In this document: positions 11,646 through 23,339 of the stretch, piece by piece
How positions within the stretch are numbered: position 1 is the first letter of the stretch
Layout: each line of letters begins with the position of its first letter
From: Octopus sinensis
Taxonomy: Eukaryota
Direction: 5' to 3'
Assembly: GCF_006345805.1 (NCBI RefSeq)
Contig: NC_042997.1
Span: 112,406,001-112,470,000 of the forward strand
Length of the DNA: 64,000 nt
Made by a program: the position numbers and the translations under genes
Notes under the pieces: generated by a model
Seen by the model: the letters and a program-made list of their open reading frames with translations, nothing else
What the model was told of the DNA's origin: nothing
Database searches by the model: none

Positions 11646-13113
11646 CAAGATATATTCTTCCATGGTGCCTTGTGATGGCCTGCATATCAAAGGATTAGTC
11701 CCAAACCTTTGAAATCCAGAAAAATCAAAATCCTACGGCTTCACTTGTATTCTTCTTTTTCTCAGGACTCCATCCTCTTCATTTCCCCCAGTATTCCAGT
11801 CTATTATCACGACAGAGCAGTTCATTCCCCATCACCCATTATCAATGCTCATCAAACACAAAGGTCTCTTCTCTATATAAATCACAAGATGCCTCTGCTG
11901 ATCAGCCATTCTTGTCTAGCAATGATTTCTCCATTTCCTGCTGGCACCAGTGCCACATATCTCTGCAAGTCCTTCCCTCAAGCCTCTCATATATTTCTCC
12001 CCATCAGTCCTGCCCACTCATCCAACCCAAGCCTCTATATCACTTCATCTATTCTCAACAACCCAATGTCCCTTGAGGCTGTATTGGTCTATGTAGCTAA
12101 ATAGTTGAATGATCTCCCTTGCAAGAAATATCATAGAGTAACCTCTCTTTTCTAAGTTTCTCAAAGCATCCGTATCATAAGATGTGATTCATAATTATTC
12201 AAGAAGCTTAGTGTTTCTCTTGGAAGTTTCTAGAATGTCTGGCATTCCATTAATAAAAACAGCTTACTAACCCAGCTCTTCGCTTCTTAGTTGATTAGAC
12301 TTAGAGCAATTCTCGTCATTGCTATGTCCGTCTATTTCTCTACGCCACATGACTGAAAGCCACCACTGAGCTGTTATTTCTATATTTCCTATCTCTCAAC
12401 TTTCTTGCATAGATTATTTCATTCAACTAGATTCTACATTTTGATTCCTTGTATTATCACCGATAAAAGAAATAAATATATTTTTCTGTGGTAAATGTAT
12501 ATAGACCTTGAATTTATTCTTTCATCTCTTTATGACCTCTTGTAATAACATACACACAGTCACATCAACACCTTGTACTGACTATATATTCCACTACAAG
12601 GGTGTGTCTTCACACATCTTTGCCATCATCTCTCTCTCTCTCGCTATTGCTCTCTTTATCTTACTCTCCAATTCACTTCCTTTTCTTTTCCAACTGGAGT
12701 CTCCATGTATCTGTGCTACAACAAAACACCTATGTCTGGCTCCTCTAGACCCTAAATTTTTCAACTGGCACAAAACCACACACCCAACTCAATACTACTC
12801 CTTCTTCCAAGGTACTTGAAGACCCTGTCAGTATCAGTACCACATTAAAAGCACCCAATACACTCTGTGGAGTGGTTGGCACTAGGAAAGGCATCCAGCA
12901 GTAGAAACCATGCCAAAGCAGACAATGGAGCCTGGTGAAGCTCTCCAGCCTTGCCAGCTACTATCAAGCCATCCAACCCTTGCTAGCAAAGAAGATGGCC
13001 ATTAAATCATGATGATGATGATGATGATGGAAAGAAACAATTTCAGGCCCAATATTTTAGAAAACACAACAGTCATTTTAAGGTAAATTGGGTTTTAAAT
13101 GGAGCAAACTTAC

Positions 13114-13338
13114 TTGGAAATTTTTGATTGCAGTCCGACACATTCTAATTCAATGACCCGTGTATTGGGATCAAGGACAGCAGAGGGAGGTGCTCCAGCA
13201 GGGCCACATTGCTTTGGGTCTCGGCGAGCATTGCGGACGTAGTCAGATTCTTTGACATCAAAATGGCAATAAGGCATCAGGCCTTTGGCTTTTATCATAA
13301 TGGTGGGCGCTTCGACTTCTTCTTCAAGGTTGGGAATA
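13114..13338 (-). CDS. HYDIN: HYDIN exon (IPNLEEEVEAP...LMPYCHFDVKESDY...LDPNTRVIELECVGLQSKIS)
   Basis: tag|T acceptor, AA|gtaagt donor, 225 nt. Human has CHFDLKDSDY and LDPNTRVIEF. Confidence 0.95.
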
Positions 13339-13344
13339 CTAAAT

Positions 13345-13885
13345 AGTGGAAAGGAAAACAAATGTAAGTAGAGAGGGGGGTGTAAAAGGAAGAGAAGAAA
13401 AAGGAGGAGGGATGGAGGGGACAAACAGGAGGCAGAGGGAGAGAAGCCTAGAAGGGGAGGAGAGGTGTGGGATTGGAGGAGGAGAGGGTGGGGGCAAGAG
13501 AGGACAGAGAGGAGATAGAGAAGAGAGAGGGGGAGACGAAGAGGGGGAATAGAAAGAAGAGATGAGGAAGAGGGGAAGAGGAAGAGAGGAGGAAGAGGAA
13601 GAGGAAGAGGAAAAAAAGGAGGAGGGATGGAGGGGCGAACAGGAGGCAGAGGGAGAGAAGTCTGGAAGGGGAGGAGAGGTATGGGATTGAAGGAGGAGAA
13701 GGTGGAGGCAAGAGAGGACAGAGAGGAGATAGAGGATAGAGGAAATAGAGGATAGAGAGGAGAGAGAGAGGGGGACAGACGAAGAGGGGGAAGAGAAAGA
13801 AGAGATGAGGAAGAGAAGAGATGAAAAAGAGAGAGGGAAGAGGAAGAAGCGCGAGGAAAGGAGGAAGGGGAGGAGGTCGTCATCT
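13345..13885. repeat. GA-rich polypurine tract containing an about 215-bp tandem duplication
   Basis: aaaaaggaggagggatggagggg...gaggacagagaggagatag occurs at about 13398 and again at about 13613. Confidence 0.85.
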
Positions 13886-14371
13886 CACACTGTTACAATG
13901 GCCAAATTGATTGCTTAATGAGAAATTGTTTCCTCAACATGCAGAAGGACAACAGTAATGGCAGACACCAGTTGGATTTGAACTCCAAATATAAACTGAA
14001 GAACTTAAAGCATTGTCAGAAAGGTCAATATTTATTACCCATAGGGGGCTAAACACAGAGAAGACAAACAAGGACAGACAAACGGATTAAGTCAAATACA
14101 TCAACCCCAGTGCATAACTGGTACTTAATTTATCGACGCAGTAAGGATGAAAGGCAAAGTCGACCTCGGCAGAATTTGAACTCAGAATGTAAAGACAGAC
14201 GAAATACCGCTAGGCATTTCACCCGGCGTGCTTAACGTTTCTGCCAGCTCACCGCCTTGGAAGCAAGCTTCTTACCACACAACCATGCCTGTGCCTCATA
14301 CGTATTTTAATAACTCAGAAAGCAATCCACATTTAAAAACTAATAAAGCAATTTAACGTAACTTTCATTAC

Positions 14372-14620
14372 CAACAAACAAGTTTTCCAGAGACTTCCGC
14401 AGCTTTCAAAGGAGAATATTTCACAGTAAATGTGCAGGACATATCGGCAGCTATGGTGCCATAATCTGGTTCAATGGTGATCGGAATGTAAGTGTCCATT
14501 TGTACAGAAGGACTGCGGTTTGGCTCTTCTTCTGGCAAATTACTGCTCAAATGAATGTCATCCAGCACAACTTGCCAACTGTATTCCAGTTGAACGATTC
14601 CATTGTTTGTTAAACAAAAT
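14372..14620 (-). CDS. HYDIN: HYDIN exon (FCLTNNGIVQLEYSWQV...FTVKYSPLKAAEVSGKLVC)
   Basis: tag|A acceptor, TG|gtaatg donor, 249 nt. Resembles human NSGRVQLEFSW and VKFSPL. Confidence 0.9.
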
Positions 14621-14912
14621 CTACACAAAATATAAATAAAAAATAAAAATAAAAACATTTCTTTCAATCATTTGTAAACTTCAATGAATTCCATTAAAAA
14701 ATTCTATATTGGAATTTTATTTTTTACATGTTTCAGGCACTTGGCTGTGGCCATGCTGCAGCACCACCTTGAAAGGGTTGTAGTCGAACAGGGTTAATTT
14801 TTTTAAAGCCTATTCTATCGGTCTCTTTTGCTGAACTGCTAAGTTACGGGGACATAAACACACCAACACTGGTTGTCAAGCGGTGATAGGGGACAATTAT
14901 AGACACACAGAC

Positions 14913-14945
<33 letters not shown>

Positions 14946-15154
14946 GTGTGTGTGTGTGTGTGTTTTTAGAAAAACATAAATTTGGAGAAGCACCCTCCAA
15001 GAAGCAGAGCAGTCTACATTAATTACTGGTTAAGGCTGGTTTATAGAGTAAGAATCATACACTTGGGAACCTGGGTCCCTGCGTCAACGGAGCAGGAGCT
15101 ACAGGCTATGTGTAGCCGAACACACAGAAATCCTCAAGGGCTCACACATACCTA

Positions 15155-15383
15155 TTTCTTTACTACCCACAAGGGGCTAAACACAGAGAGGACAAACAAG
15201 GACAGAGAAATGGATTAAGTCGATTACAGCAACCCCAGTGCATAACTGGTACTTAATTTATTGACCCCGAAAGGATGAAAGGCAAAGTCGACCTCAGTGG
15301 AATTTGAACTCAGAATGTAGCGGCAGATGAAATACTGTTAAGCATTTCGCCCGGCGTGCTAACGATTCTGCCAGCTCGCTGCC
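15155..15383 (-). mobile_element. tRNA-derived SINE family A (central gccgaggtcgactttgcctttcatcctttcggggtc domain; MetaSINE-like from recall)
   Basis: About 230-bp repeat with tRNA-like A/B-box head on the minus strand (ggc..gctggcagaatcgttag ... gagttcaaattcc). Copies at about 8570-8798, 14030-14258, 32718-32947, 54365-54585, 54597-54826 and 62025-62252, plus a partial at 9490-9570. Confidence 0.85.
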
Positions 15384-15767
15384 TACCAGAGACATTACTG
15401 AACTCCAGAGCGGGGATTTTCAGGCCATGCTTGCATTTTGGGAGATTTCTGCTGGCATTTTTGGAACCACATAATAGCAGTAAGAGCGAAAATGACACCA
15501 CAGTTGGAAGTTGATTGCTGATGGGAGAGAGAAAGAGATAACTCTCAATTGTTTACCCTCATCACTGAAAGATGGCGACATGGCTGGAGGGTGACAGCCA
15601 GCAGCAAAGGGAGATTATCCCCTTGTCTACATCCATATCATTTCCCCCTCTATATTTTAAAGAAGTCATAGGCCAACAGATCTTAGGGTCTGAAGATACA
15701 CCATAAAGGTATCCTTTATGGCGAGAAACCCAGGACCCTATAAACCAGCCTTCACCGGTAATAAATA

Positions 15768-15805
<38 letters not shown>

Positions 15806-15825
15806 CACAACAAAAGAAAAAATAA

Positions 15826-16955
15826 GGGAAAAAAATTTTCTAATGCCAAATATGCCGAAAACAGACACAAAATTTCTATCAATGGCCAGCATGTTAAAAA
15901 ATACCATTAAAGGTTAAATTTATAAACAGCTTATAAACCAGGGCAAAAGAAAAAAAGAAATTTTCTAATGTCAAATATGCCGAAAACAGACACATTGTCA
16001 ATAACCATATAATTTATCACTATAAGCACGCATCTCGAAGTAAGCCGGCAGAAATTTCTAAAAATTCTGTTATTATCATATCACACCCTATTTCAGAGTT
16101 AATTCATAAGAACCTTCTCTTCGTCAGTGATAAATGCGGCAAAGAAATAAATGAAATATTTACTTATACCTATGGAAGAAGCAAACACTAAGTCATGAGC
16201 ACAATTAAGTACCCCAAATATATCCAAAATATTGGGTCTGATATGATAACAACAGAATTTTTTAGAAATTTCTCTTGGCTTTCGAGACACGTGCTTATAG
16301 TGATAAATTATATGGTTATTGACAATGTGTCTGTTTTCGGCATATTTGGCATTAGAAAATTTCCTTTCTTTTGCCCTTGTTTATAAGTTGTTTATAAATT
16401 TAACCTTTAAAGGTTTTCTTTAATATGCTGGCCATTGATAGAATTTTTTTTGAAAAATTTTATCCTATATTAGATGCAAATTTAATAGTGTTCACTTCCG
16501 GACTCTCTCACTCTATGAGAGTTTTCAGTCCACTTGCACGTGTCTCGAGGTGTGGCTGGGGAATTTCTATTTTGGATATATTTGGGGTACTTAATTGTGC
16601 TCATGACTTAGTGTTTGCTTCTTCCATGGGTATAAGTAAGTATTTCATTTATTTCTTTGTCGCATTTATCATTGACGAAGAGAAGGTTCTTATGAATTAA
16701 CTCTGAAATAGGGTGTGATATGATAACAACAGAATTTTTTAGAAATTTCTGCCGGCTTACTTCGAGACGCATGCTTATAGTGATAAATTATATGGTTATT
16801 GACAATGTGTCTGTTTTCGGCATATTTGGCATTAGAAAATTTATTTTTTTCTTTTGCCCTGGTTTATAAGCTGTTTATAAATTTGACCTTTAATGGTATT
16901 TTTTAACATGCTGGCCATTGATAGAAATTTTTTCAAAGAATTTTATCCTATATTA
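15826..16955. repeat. Composite fold-back (long inverted repeat) element between (TA)n tracts
   Basis: Arm 15869-16231 is the near-perfect reverse complement of 16568-16931. A third, more diverged partial copy lies at 16238-16470. Confidence 0.9.
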
Positions 16956-16956
16956 G

Positions 16957-16988
<32 letters not shown>

Positions 16989-17494
16989 ATATTTACACAC
17001 ACACACACATATATATAAGGGTGGGTGGGTAAGACTTTCTCATAGACCAGCATCCTGGTTTTCAAAAATTGATTTGCACTAAGCCTGAAAGATTGCTTTA
17101 AAACAAAGATATTGTTTTGAGCTGAGTGGGGATGCTAGATTCCCTTGTTTGAAAATATAAGGACACAGATCATGTCATATAGCCAGCTGGAGACAGCAAC
17201 ATTCATCCTAAACCAGGACTGCCATGTTATGTTGGCAAACAATCTTTACTACAAAGTACTGTTACTTGATATCTCACATTGTGAGATTTAAAAATAGTAA
17301 TTTTCTAACAAGGCATGATATATAAATCTTCCAAATTTTTGTATCTCCACAGCATGAAACTGTTGGTGGCTCTGCTTGAAATTCTGTGAATGTTAAATGA
17401 TATTTATTTCTCACTGGATAGAATACTTATTTTCTTGATCCTACCTATAATGAAACAGTAAACTACACACACACACAAATATATTGTATTAGTC

Positions 17495-17880
17495 TTTCAC
17501 TCTTTTATTTGTTTCAGTTATTTGACTGCAGCCATGCCGGAGCACTGCCTTTTAGTCAAATAAATCAACCCCAGGATTTATCCTTTGTAAGCCTAGTACT
17601 TATTCTATCGGTCTCTTTTTGCCAAACTGCTAAGTTATGGGGGTGTAAACACACCAACATCGGTTGTCAAGCGATGGCGAGGGGGCAAACACAGACACAC
17701 ACAAATATATATATATGACAGGCTTCTTTCAGTTTCCGTCTTCCAAATCCACTCACAAGGCTTTGGTTGGCTTGAGGCTATAGTAGAAGACACTTGCCCA
17801 AGGTGCCACACAGTGGGACTGAACCCAGAACCATGTGGTTGGGAAGAAAACTTCTTACCACACAGCCACTCCTGCGCCTA
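17495..17880 (-). mobile_element. Full-length CORE-type tRNA SINE (family B)
   Basis: Head ggcgcaggagtggctgtgtgg, B-box-like ggttcagtcc, CORE-like gcaccttgggcaagtgtctt, internal (CA/TA)n, tail ggcagtgctccggcatggctgcagtcaaataactgaaac. Other full or partial copies near 2290, 4150-4490, 14730, 20350-20610, 29470, 36130, 36700-37100, 38620, 40270 and 60191-60370. Confidence 0.85.
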
Positions 17881-18085
17881 TTGTATATTTCTCTTTCAAA
17901 GTCAGATTTTATAAGGGTACAAGAGTGAATAATGTGCAGCTCACTGTGCAGCTAGTATGCATTTGCAATGAATTACATTTAGTGTAGATATGCAAAGCGG
18001 AAGAGATGGCAGAAGCAAAGTAGAGCCATCTTTAAAATATATAAATTTAAATCATGAACCAAAGAGAAAAAAATGAGGAACATAC

Positions 18086-18277
18086 TGGAAAGATCTTGTT
18101 TGAAACATGTAGGTATCCTTGAAGTAGATGCTGGTTGTGTGACATTCGTATTTACAGTACTCAGCAGTTCCACTAATAAACAAACCAATTTCTCTCTCAG
18201 TGCCAGGAATCACAGTATTTGCTGGTTCCGGTTCAATTTCCACAACTTTTCTCCTCTTGCGGAAGGTAGCATTTGGA
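18086..18277 (-). CDS. HYDIN: HYDIN exon (PNATFRKRRKVVEIEPEPANTVI...FKDTYMFQTRSF)
   Basis: cag|T acceptor, CA|gtatgt donor, 192 nt. Resembles human KRKVIETDPEPAH...FKETLVYQTRVF. Confidence 0.93.
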
Positions 18278-18436
18278 CTGCAATGAAGAATCAAGTCAGA
18301 ACAATACAATGAATTACAATTTGAGAGAATCTAAAACTGTATAAATGGGGAGAAAATCTAACAAAATATGTATACACATATATAAATATAGTCATGCATA
18401 TATACATACATATACACAAATACCTGCATGCATACA

Positions 18437-18870
18437 TCTATATATATAATACTGAGAATGTGTGTCTGTCTGTCAGTCTGTCTGTGTGAATCCCTAACAC
18501 TTGAGAACTACACAACCAATTTCATTCAAATTTTACACATGCCTTACTTAGGGTCCATGTAGTGTCATGGGCAAGAACATTTTTTAATTTCTTGCCTAGG
18601 GCGAGCCCACAGCAATATCATATCTTCTCCACTATTTCAGTATTACATGTCAAAAGTAAAACAAAAACATCTCTCTATTGTAATGTCAAATGCTTTCATT
18701 TTAATAGTGAAACTATTATATAAGTGGCATGAACTGAAAGTGAACATCCCTCTTATATGTATGTAATATAATTTTTTCTGAAACTTCAGACTTTTCAATA
18801 TGCTACACCACTGGTTTTAAACTGATATTAATCAACTTAATATTCAATTTTTCACCCTTATTATTTTAAA
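18437..18870 (+). mobile_element. 3'-truncated non-autonomous Helitron-like element
   Basis: A|TCTATATATATAATACTGAG-type 5' end followed by (ctgt)n. No CTAG end was found. Confidence 0.6.
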
Positions 18871-18884
18871 TTTAAAATCTAAAA

Positions 18885-19830
18885 ATCCCAAAGCTATGAG
18901 ATAATGCATGATTATCTCAAACCAATGTGAATAAATAAGCATTACATTTAACAGAATAATTTGAATGCTGAAGGGTTTAACAGGCCATATTCAGCCCAAA
19001 TATTCTTCTTGGTTTCAGAACAAACTGGCTAGATCTAGCCTCTCACACCTATCCTACAATGTCCTTCTAAACATTATAATCACTTCATCAAAATCTTGAA
19101 GCTACAAGATAATGCACGATTAATTGGAAATAATTTGAATACGTTAAAAGCACCATCCGAACATGACAGTTGCCAGCGCTGCCTGACTGGCGTCCGTGTC
19201 GGTTTGCCAGCCTCCTCTGGCCCCTGTGCCAGTGGCACATAAAAAGCACCCACTAAACTCACAGAGTGGTTGGCATTAGGAAGGGCATCCAGCTGTAGAT
19301 ACACTGCCAGATCAGACTGGAGCCTGGTGCAGCCTCCTGGCTTCCCAGACCCCAGTCGAACCGTCCAACCCATGCTAGCATGGAAAACGGAGGTGAAACG
19401 ATGATGATGATGATGATGAAGCATTGCATTTGAAGGGATAACCTGAATGCTAAGGGGTTGAACAGGCCAATATCCGGCCCAAAATATTCTACTTGTTTTA
19501 TGTTCAAACTATCAAGATCTGGCCTCTCACATGAACCTACAATGCCGTTCTAAAATTCTACATATACACCAATGAAAACTTGAAGCTACAAGATGTTGCA
19601 AAATTAATTCCAATCAAAGTAAATTAATAAACATTGCATTTGACAAAGTGAACTGAATACTAAAGGGGGGAAACAAGCCATATTTGGCCCAAATATTTTT
19701 GTTTTATGCTCAGACTGTCAAGATCTGACCTCTCACACCTACTTGACAATGTCATTCTAAAAATCTACAAACATACCAAAGAATTACATTTGACAGAATG
19801 AAGTGAATACTAAAGTGTGAAATGGGTTGT
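18885..19830. repeat. Diverged tandem array of about 235-bp units (3-4 units), interrupted by an RTE-tail element at 19140-19420
   Basis: Recurring tgaatgct(g/a)aggg..aacaggcc..cccaaatatt..gatct.gcctctcaca..cctacaatg..ttcta..gaagctacaagat. Confidence 0.75.
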
Positions 19831-19863
19831 AATTAACAATGATAAAGGTGTGTTATATCTTAC

Positions 19864-19961
19864 GTCTCTTTGACAGCGACCGCATCAGGTACATTACTCG
19901 GGGGTGTAGATTCCACTTCAACCCATTTGATAACATGGATCCGATCATCCCAGTCTGGAAC
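19864..19961 (-). CDS. HYDIN: HYDIN exon (VPDWDDRIHVIKWVEVESTPPSNVPDAVAVKE)
   Basis: tag|GTT acceptor, AC|gtaaga donor, 98 nt. Human has VPDWDDRMHTVKWVDV. Confidence 0.94.
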
Positions 19962-20029
19962 CTAGAAAGAAAAGAAACACATTCAATATGGATTCGATCA
20001 TGCCAGTCTGGTGAAGGTCATCCCTGGAC

Positions 20030-20330
20030 ATTCCTGGCCCAGTGGTTAGGGCAGTGGACTCGCAGTCGTAGGATCGCGGTTTCGATTCCCAGACCGGGCG
20101 TTGTGAGTGTTTATTGAACGAAAACACCTAAAGCTCCACAAGGCTCCTGCAAGGGGTGGTGGCGATCCCTGCTGTACTCTTTCACCACAACTTTCTCTCA
20201 CTCTTTCTTCTGTTGGCCTGCTCATTTAGCCAGCGGGGTGGCGTCATTTGAAGGCTAAAACAATGCGAAGCGCATTGTGACCAGTGATGTGTAGCAACAT
20301 CTGATAGCCTGGTCAGTCATGGTGATCACG

Positions 20331-20335
<5 letters not shown>
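20030..20335 (+). mobile_element. tRNA-derived SINE family C, CpG-retaining copy
   Basis: A box tggcccagtgg and B box ggtttcgattcc, ending ggtgatcacggtgata in (TA)n. A related, degraded head lies at about 56100-56300. Confidence 0.75.
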
Positions 20336-20373
<38 letters not shown>

Positions 20374-20736
20374 CAGGTGTGTGTGTGTGTGCATGTCTTT
20401 GTATGGGTGTTTGCCACCTACCCCCACCACTTGACCACTTGTATTAGTTTGTTTACATCCCCATAACCTAGCAGTTCAGCAAAAGACACCAATAGAATAA
20501 GTACCAGGCTTTAAAAAAAAGCAATGGGGGTTGATTTTCTCAACGAAAACCCTTTGAGGCAGTGCTCCAGAATGGCTGCAGCTCAATGACTAAAACAAGT
20601 AAAATATACAAAGATACAAAGAATACATTTAAAACCCAGGTACCTTGAAGGTACTCTGACTCAGGTACAGGAGTTATATTTTAGCTCCAGCTCAGCGTAA
20701 TCAAAGAGACCTTTAAAATAAATGTTTCATCTAAAC

Positions 20737-21647
20737 CAGGGGTGGGGAAACCTTTTAGTGCGGCGGGCAAAAATTTCCAAAGAAAAAAGTCCTCAGGTGG
20801 GCCACAAGTCCAAACTCTTATATCTGTGTAAATCCTGTATATATCTATGTATAATTCAATATACATTAATAAAGATAAGTTTAACAAATTAAATTAACGC
20901 ATAATATCTGTGCTTGAGGAGACCATTTGAGTCAAGTACATCAACATCAAAAATCAATGGAAATTGTAGCTGTGATCCCTGTGCTGGTGGCACATAAAAA
21001 GCACCATCCGAACATGGCCGATGCCAGCACTGCCTTGACTGGCTTCCGTGCCGGTGGCACATAAAAAGCACTAACCAATCGTAGCCGTTGCCAGCCTCGC
21101 CTGGCACATAAAAAGCACCCACTACACTCACGGAGTGGTTGGCGTTAGGAAGGGCATCCAGCTGTAGAAACATTGCCAGATCAGACTGGAGCCTGGTGCA
21201 GCCTCCTGGCTTCCCAGATCCTGGTCGAACCGTCCAACCCATGCTAGCATGGAAAACGGACGTTAAACGATGATGATGATGACGATCTTCATTAATGCCG
21301 CCACTGAATTTAGGATGTTTATATTACTTATGAGGTATTCTATTTCTTTCAGCTAGAGTGTAGTTGGGTCTCAAGGGGGTGGTACAAACCTAGTAATATG
21401 TGTTTTATAGTGAAAGCAAAATTTCAATTCAAATGGCAATTACCAGACGATTTTCAGTTTGAGTCGAACCATTTTAAATTGTAGTGGAAATGTAACCTAC
21501 ATAGTAAATCGGCATATAAATAGTGTATAAATTTTCTAATTGATAAACTTATTATATTTTGTACATACGAGTATACCAGCCTGCAGGCGCAATTGAATGG
21601 GCTCATAGGCACAATTGTGCCAGTGGGCGGGGATTTCCCAGCCCTGG
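20737..21647. mobile_element. hAT (Charlie-like) non-autonomous element with a nested RTE-tail insert
   Basis: TIRs caggggtggggaaac / gatttccccagccctg. 8-bp TSD atctaaac / gtctaaac (7/8), similar to the Charlie NTCTAGAN target. Confidence 0.85.
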
Positions 21648-22253
21648 TCTAAACCATCTTTCTTTTACTCACACACATTGTCCAATATGTTTTACTTTTC
21701 TTAAGATAAAAAATGCTGTGATTTGAGGGAGAATTTGTTGTTATTTCTAGCATGTACACTGAACATTAACCAACTTTTTCATTGATTTCACTCAAGTAAA
21801 ATTGGCACTCCATCAGTTATGAAGACAAGGTTTCCAATCGGTCCAATTAACAGACCAGCCAGCTCATGCAAGTGGCTGAATATTCCACAGACACACCTAG
21901 CCTTAATGTAATCCTCGGGTAGATTCAGCAGCACAGAATTCAACAAGGTTGGCCCTTTGAATTACAAGTACTGCTCATTTATGCCAACTAAGTGGACTGG
22001 AAAAAAGTGAAATGAAGTGTCTTGCTCAAGGACACATGTGTCGCCAGGAATTGAACACACAATCTTATGATTGCGAGCCGAATATCCTAACCAATCAGCC
22101 ATGTACCTTCACTCAAATAGTGTTTAGATTACTATGGAATGATGGTGATGATGATGACAATGATGATAATGGTGATGAAGACGAGAGATGATTGATGATG
22201 CTAATGAAGATCATGATGATGATGATGATGAAAGACAATGGTGATATTTTTAC

Positions 22254-22528
22254 CTGAGAGAGTGGTTTCTCAAAAGTGATTTTCTTCACTGCACACGGTA
22301 TAACCTCTTCTTGAAGGACGATGGGTTTGTAGGACTTGAATGTTAGAACGATATTTTTAGTCTGACCGGGACGTAGGTGTCCCATCTGGGGTGAAAACAT
22401 TAATGGTTCTTTGGTCAGCCATTGGAAACAAATGGTTTCTTGTAGGCATCGGTTTGTGATGGTTAAACTCTGTGTCTTGGCTTTTCCAATGTGGCAATCC
22501 CCAAACAACATCGTATTAGCTTTACTGA
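22254..22528 (-). CDS. HYDIN: HYDIN exon (SKANTMLFGDCHIGKAKTQSLTITNR...FSPQMGHLRPGQTKNI...KPLSQ)
   Basis: cag|TC acceptor, CAG|gtaaaa donor, 275 nt. FGDCHIG and FSPQMGHL.PG motifs as in human HYDIN. Confidence 0.94.
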
Positions 22529-22554
22529 CTGTAACGAGAAGGAAGACAACACAA

Positions 22555-22598
<44 letters not shown>

Positions 22599-23339
22599 GT
22601 ATATATATATATATATATATTTATTTCAGGTCACTTTCGAGTGCTACTGATAACATGTAACCCAGTACAACCTGTTGCATGGTCGGAACGTTGGTGACTA
22701 AACTGGCAAACCCACCAAGCTTGCTTGGTGAGGAGGGTGTTTATTGGACACCCTGCGTGATGAAAAACAAAACCCGTCAAAGGGCGGAGGAACTCTTGTG
22801 AGTCAACGGCCATTCAATAAATGTGTAATTTTTTTTTCTTAAGGCTTAAGGTTGTATCATATGCGGGGACATAGAAATAATCGGACTGAATACCCAATCG
22901 CACGGTTAAACCATTGGGAGTGAAGGACTCCTAGCCTTTGTTAGGGCATCCTTCTAGGAGAATGTAACTCAGGTAACTGGGATAACTCCGACATAAAACC
23001 TGCGGCTCAGTGGTTACCGATGATGTTGACTTATTCTTCTTTTCGGATTATGGCTGCTGTTGCTTAGTGAGTGGGATTGACTCAGTACACAGCCTTTCCT
23101 CACTTTAAAAAAATCTTCTTGTACAGGCATTGCACGATAACAACATTGTTCATGATTGTTGATGGTGCTGCGAGTCTCAACTGAATGGCTGGCTGTAGCC
23201 TTAAAAAGCAAATAAAAGACACATTTGATCAGAGCACCAATAGCAGTTAATCATACTCGATGATGAGGGAGCAGCCATCATATATGTATATAAATATGAG
23301 TGAGTGGACAAATGAAAGAAGGGCACTCAACCGATTTAT

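Noticed and set aside
11191-11712. His-rich 173-aa ORF
   Set aside because: (CAC/CAT)n repeat, and it overlaps a real exon on the opposite strand.
13346-13883. Pro/Leu/Ser-rich N-terminal part of ORF 13110-13883 and the E/G/R-rich + ORF
   Set aside because: Low-complexity intron. The true exon starts at the acceptor at 13338.
20030-20105. Possible tRNA gene
   Set aside because: A/B boxes are present but no complete cloverleaf, and it continues into a SINE body.
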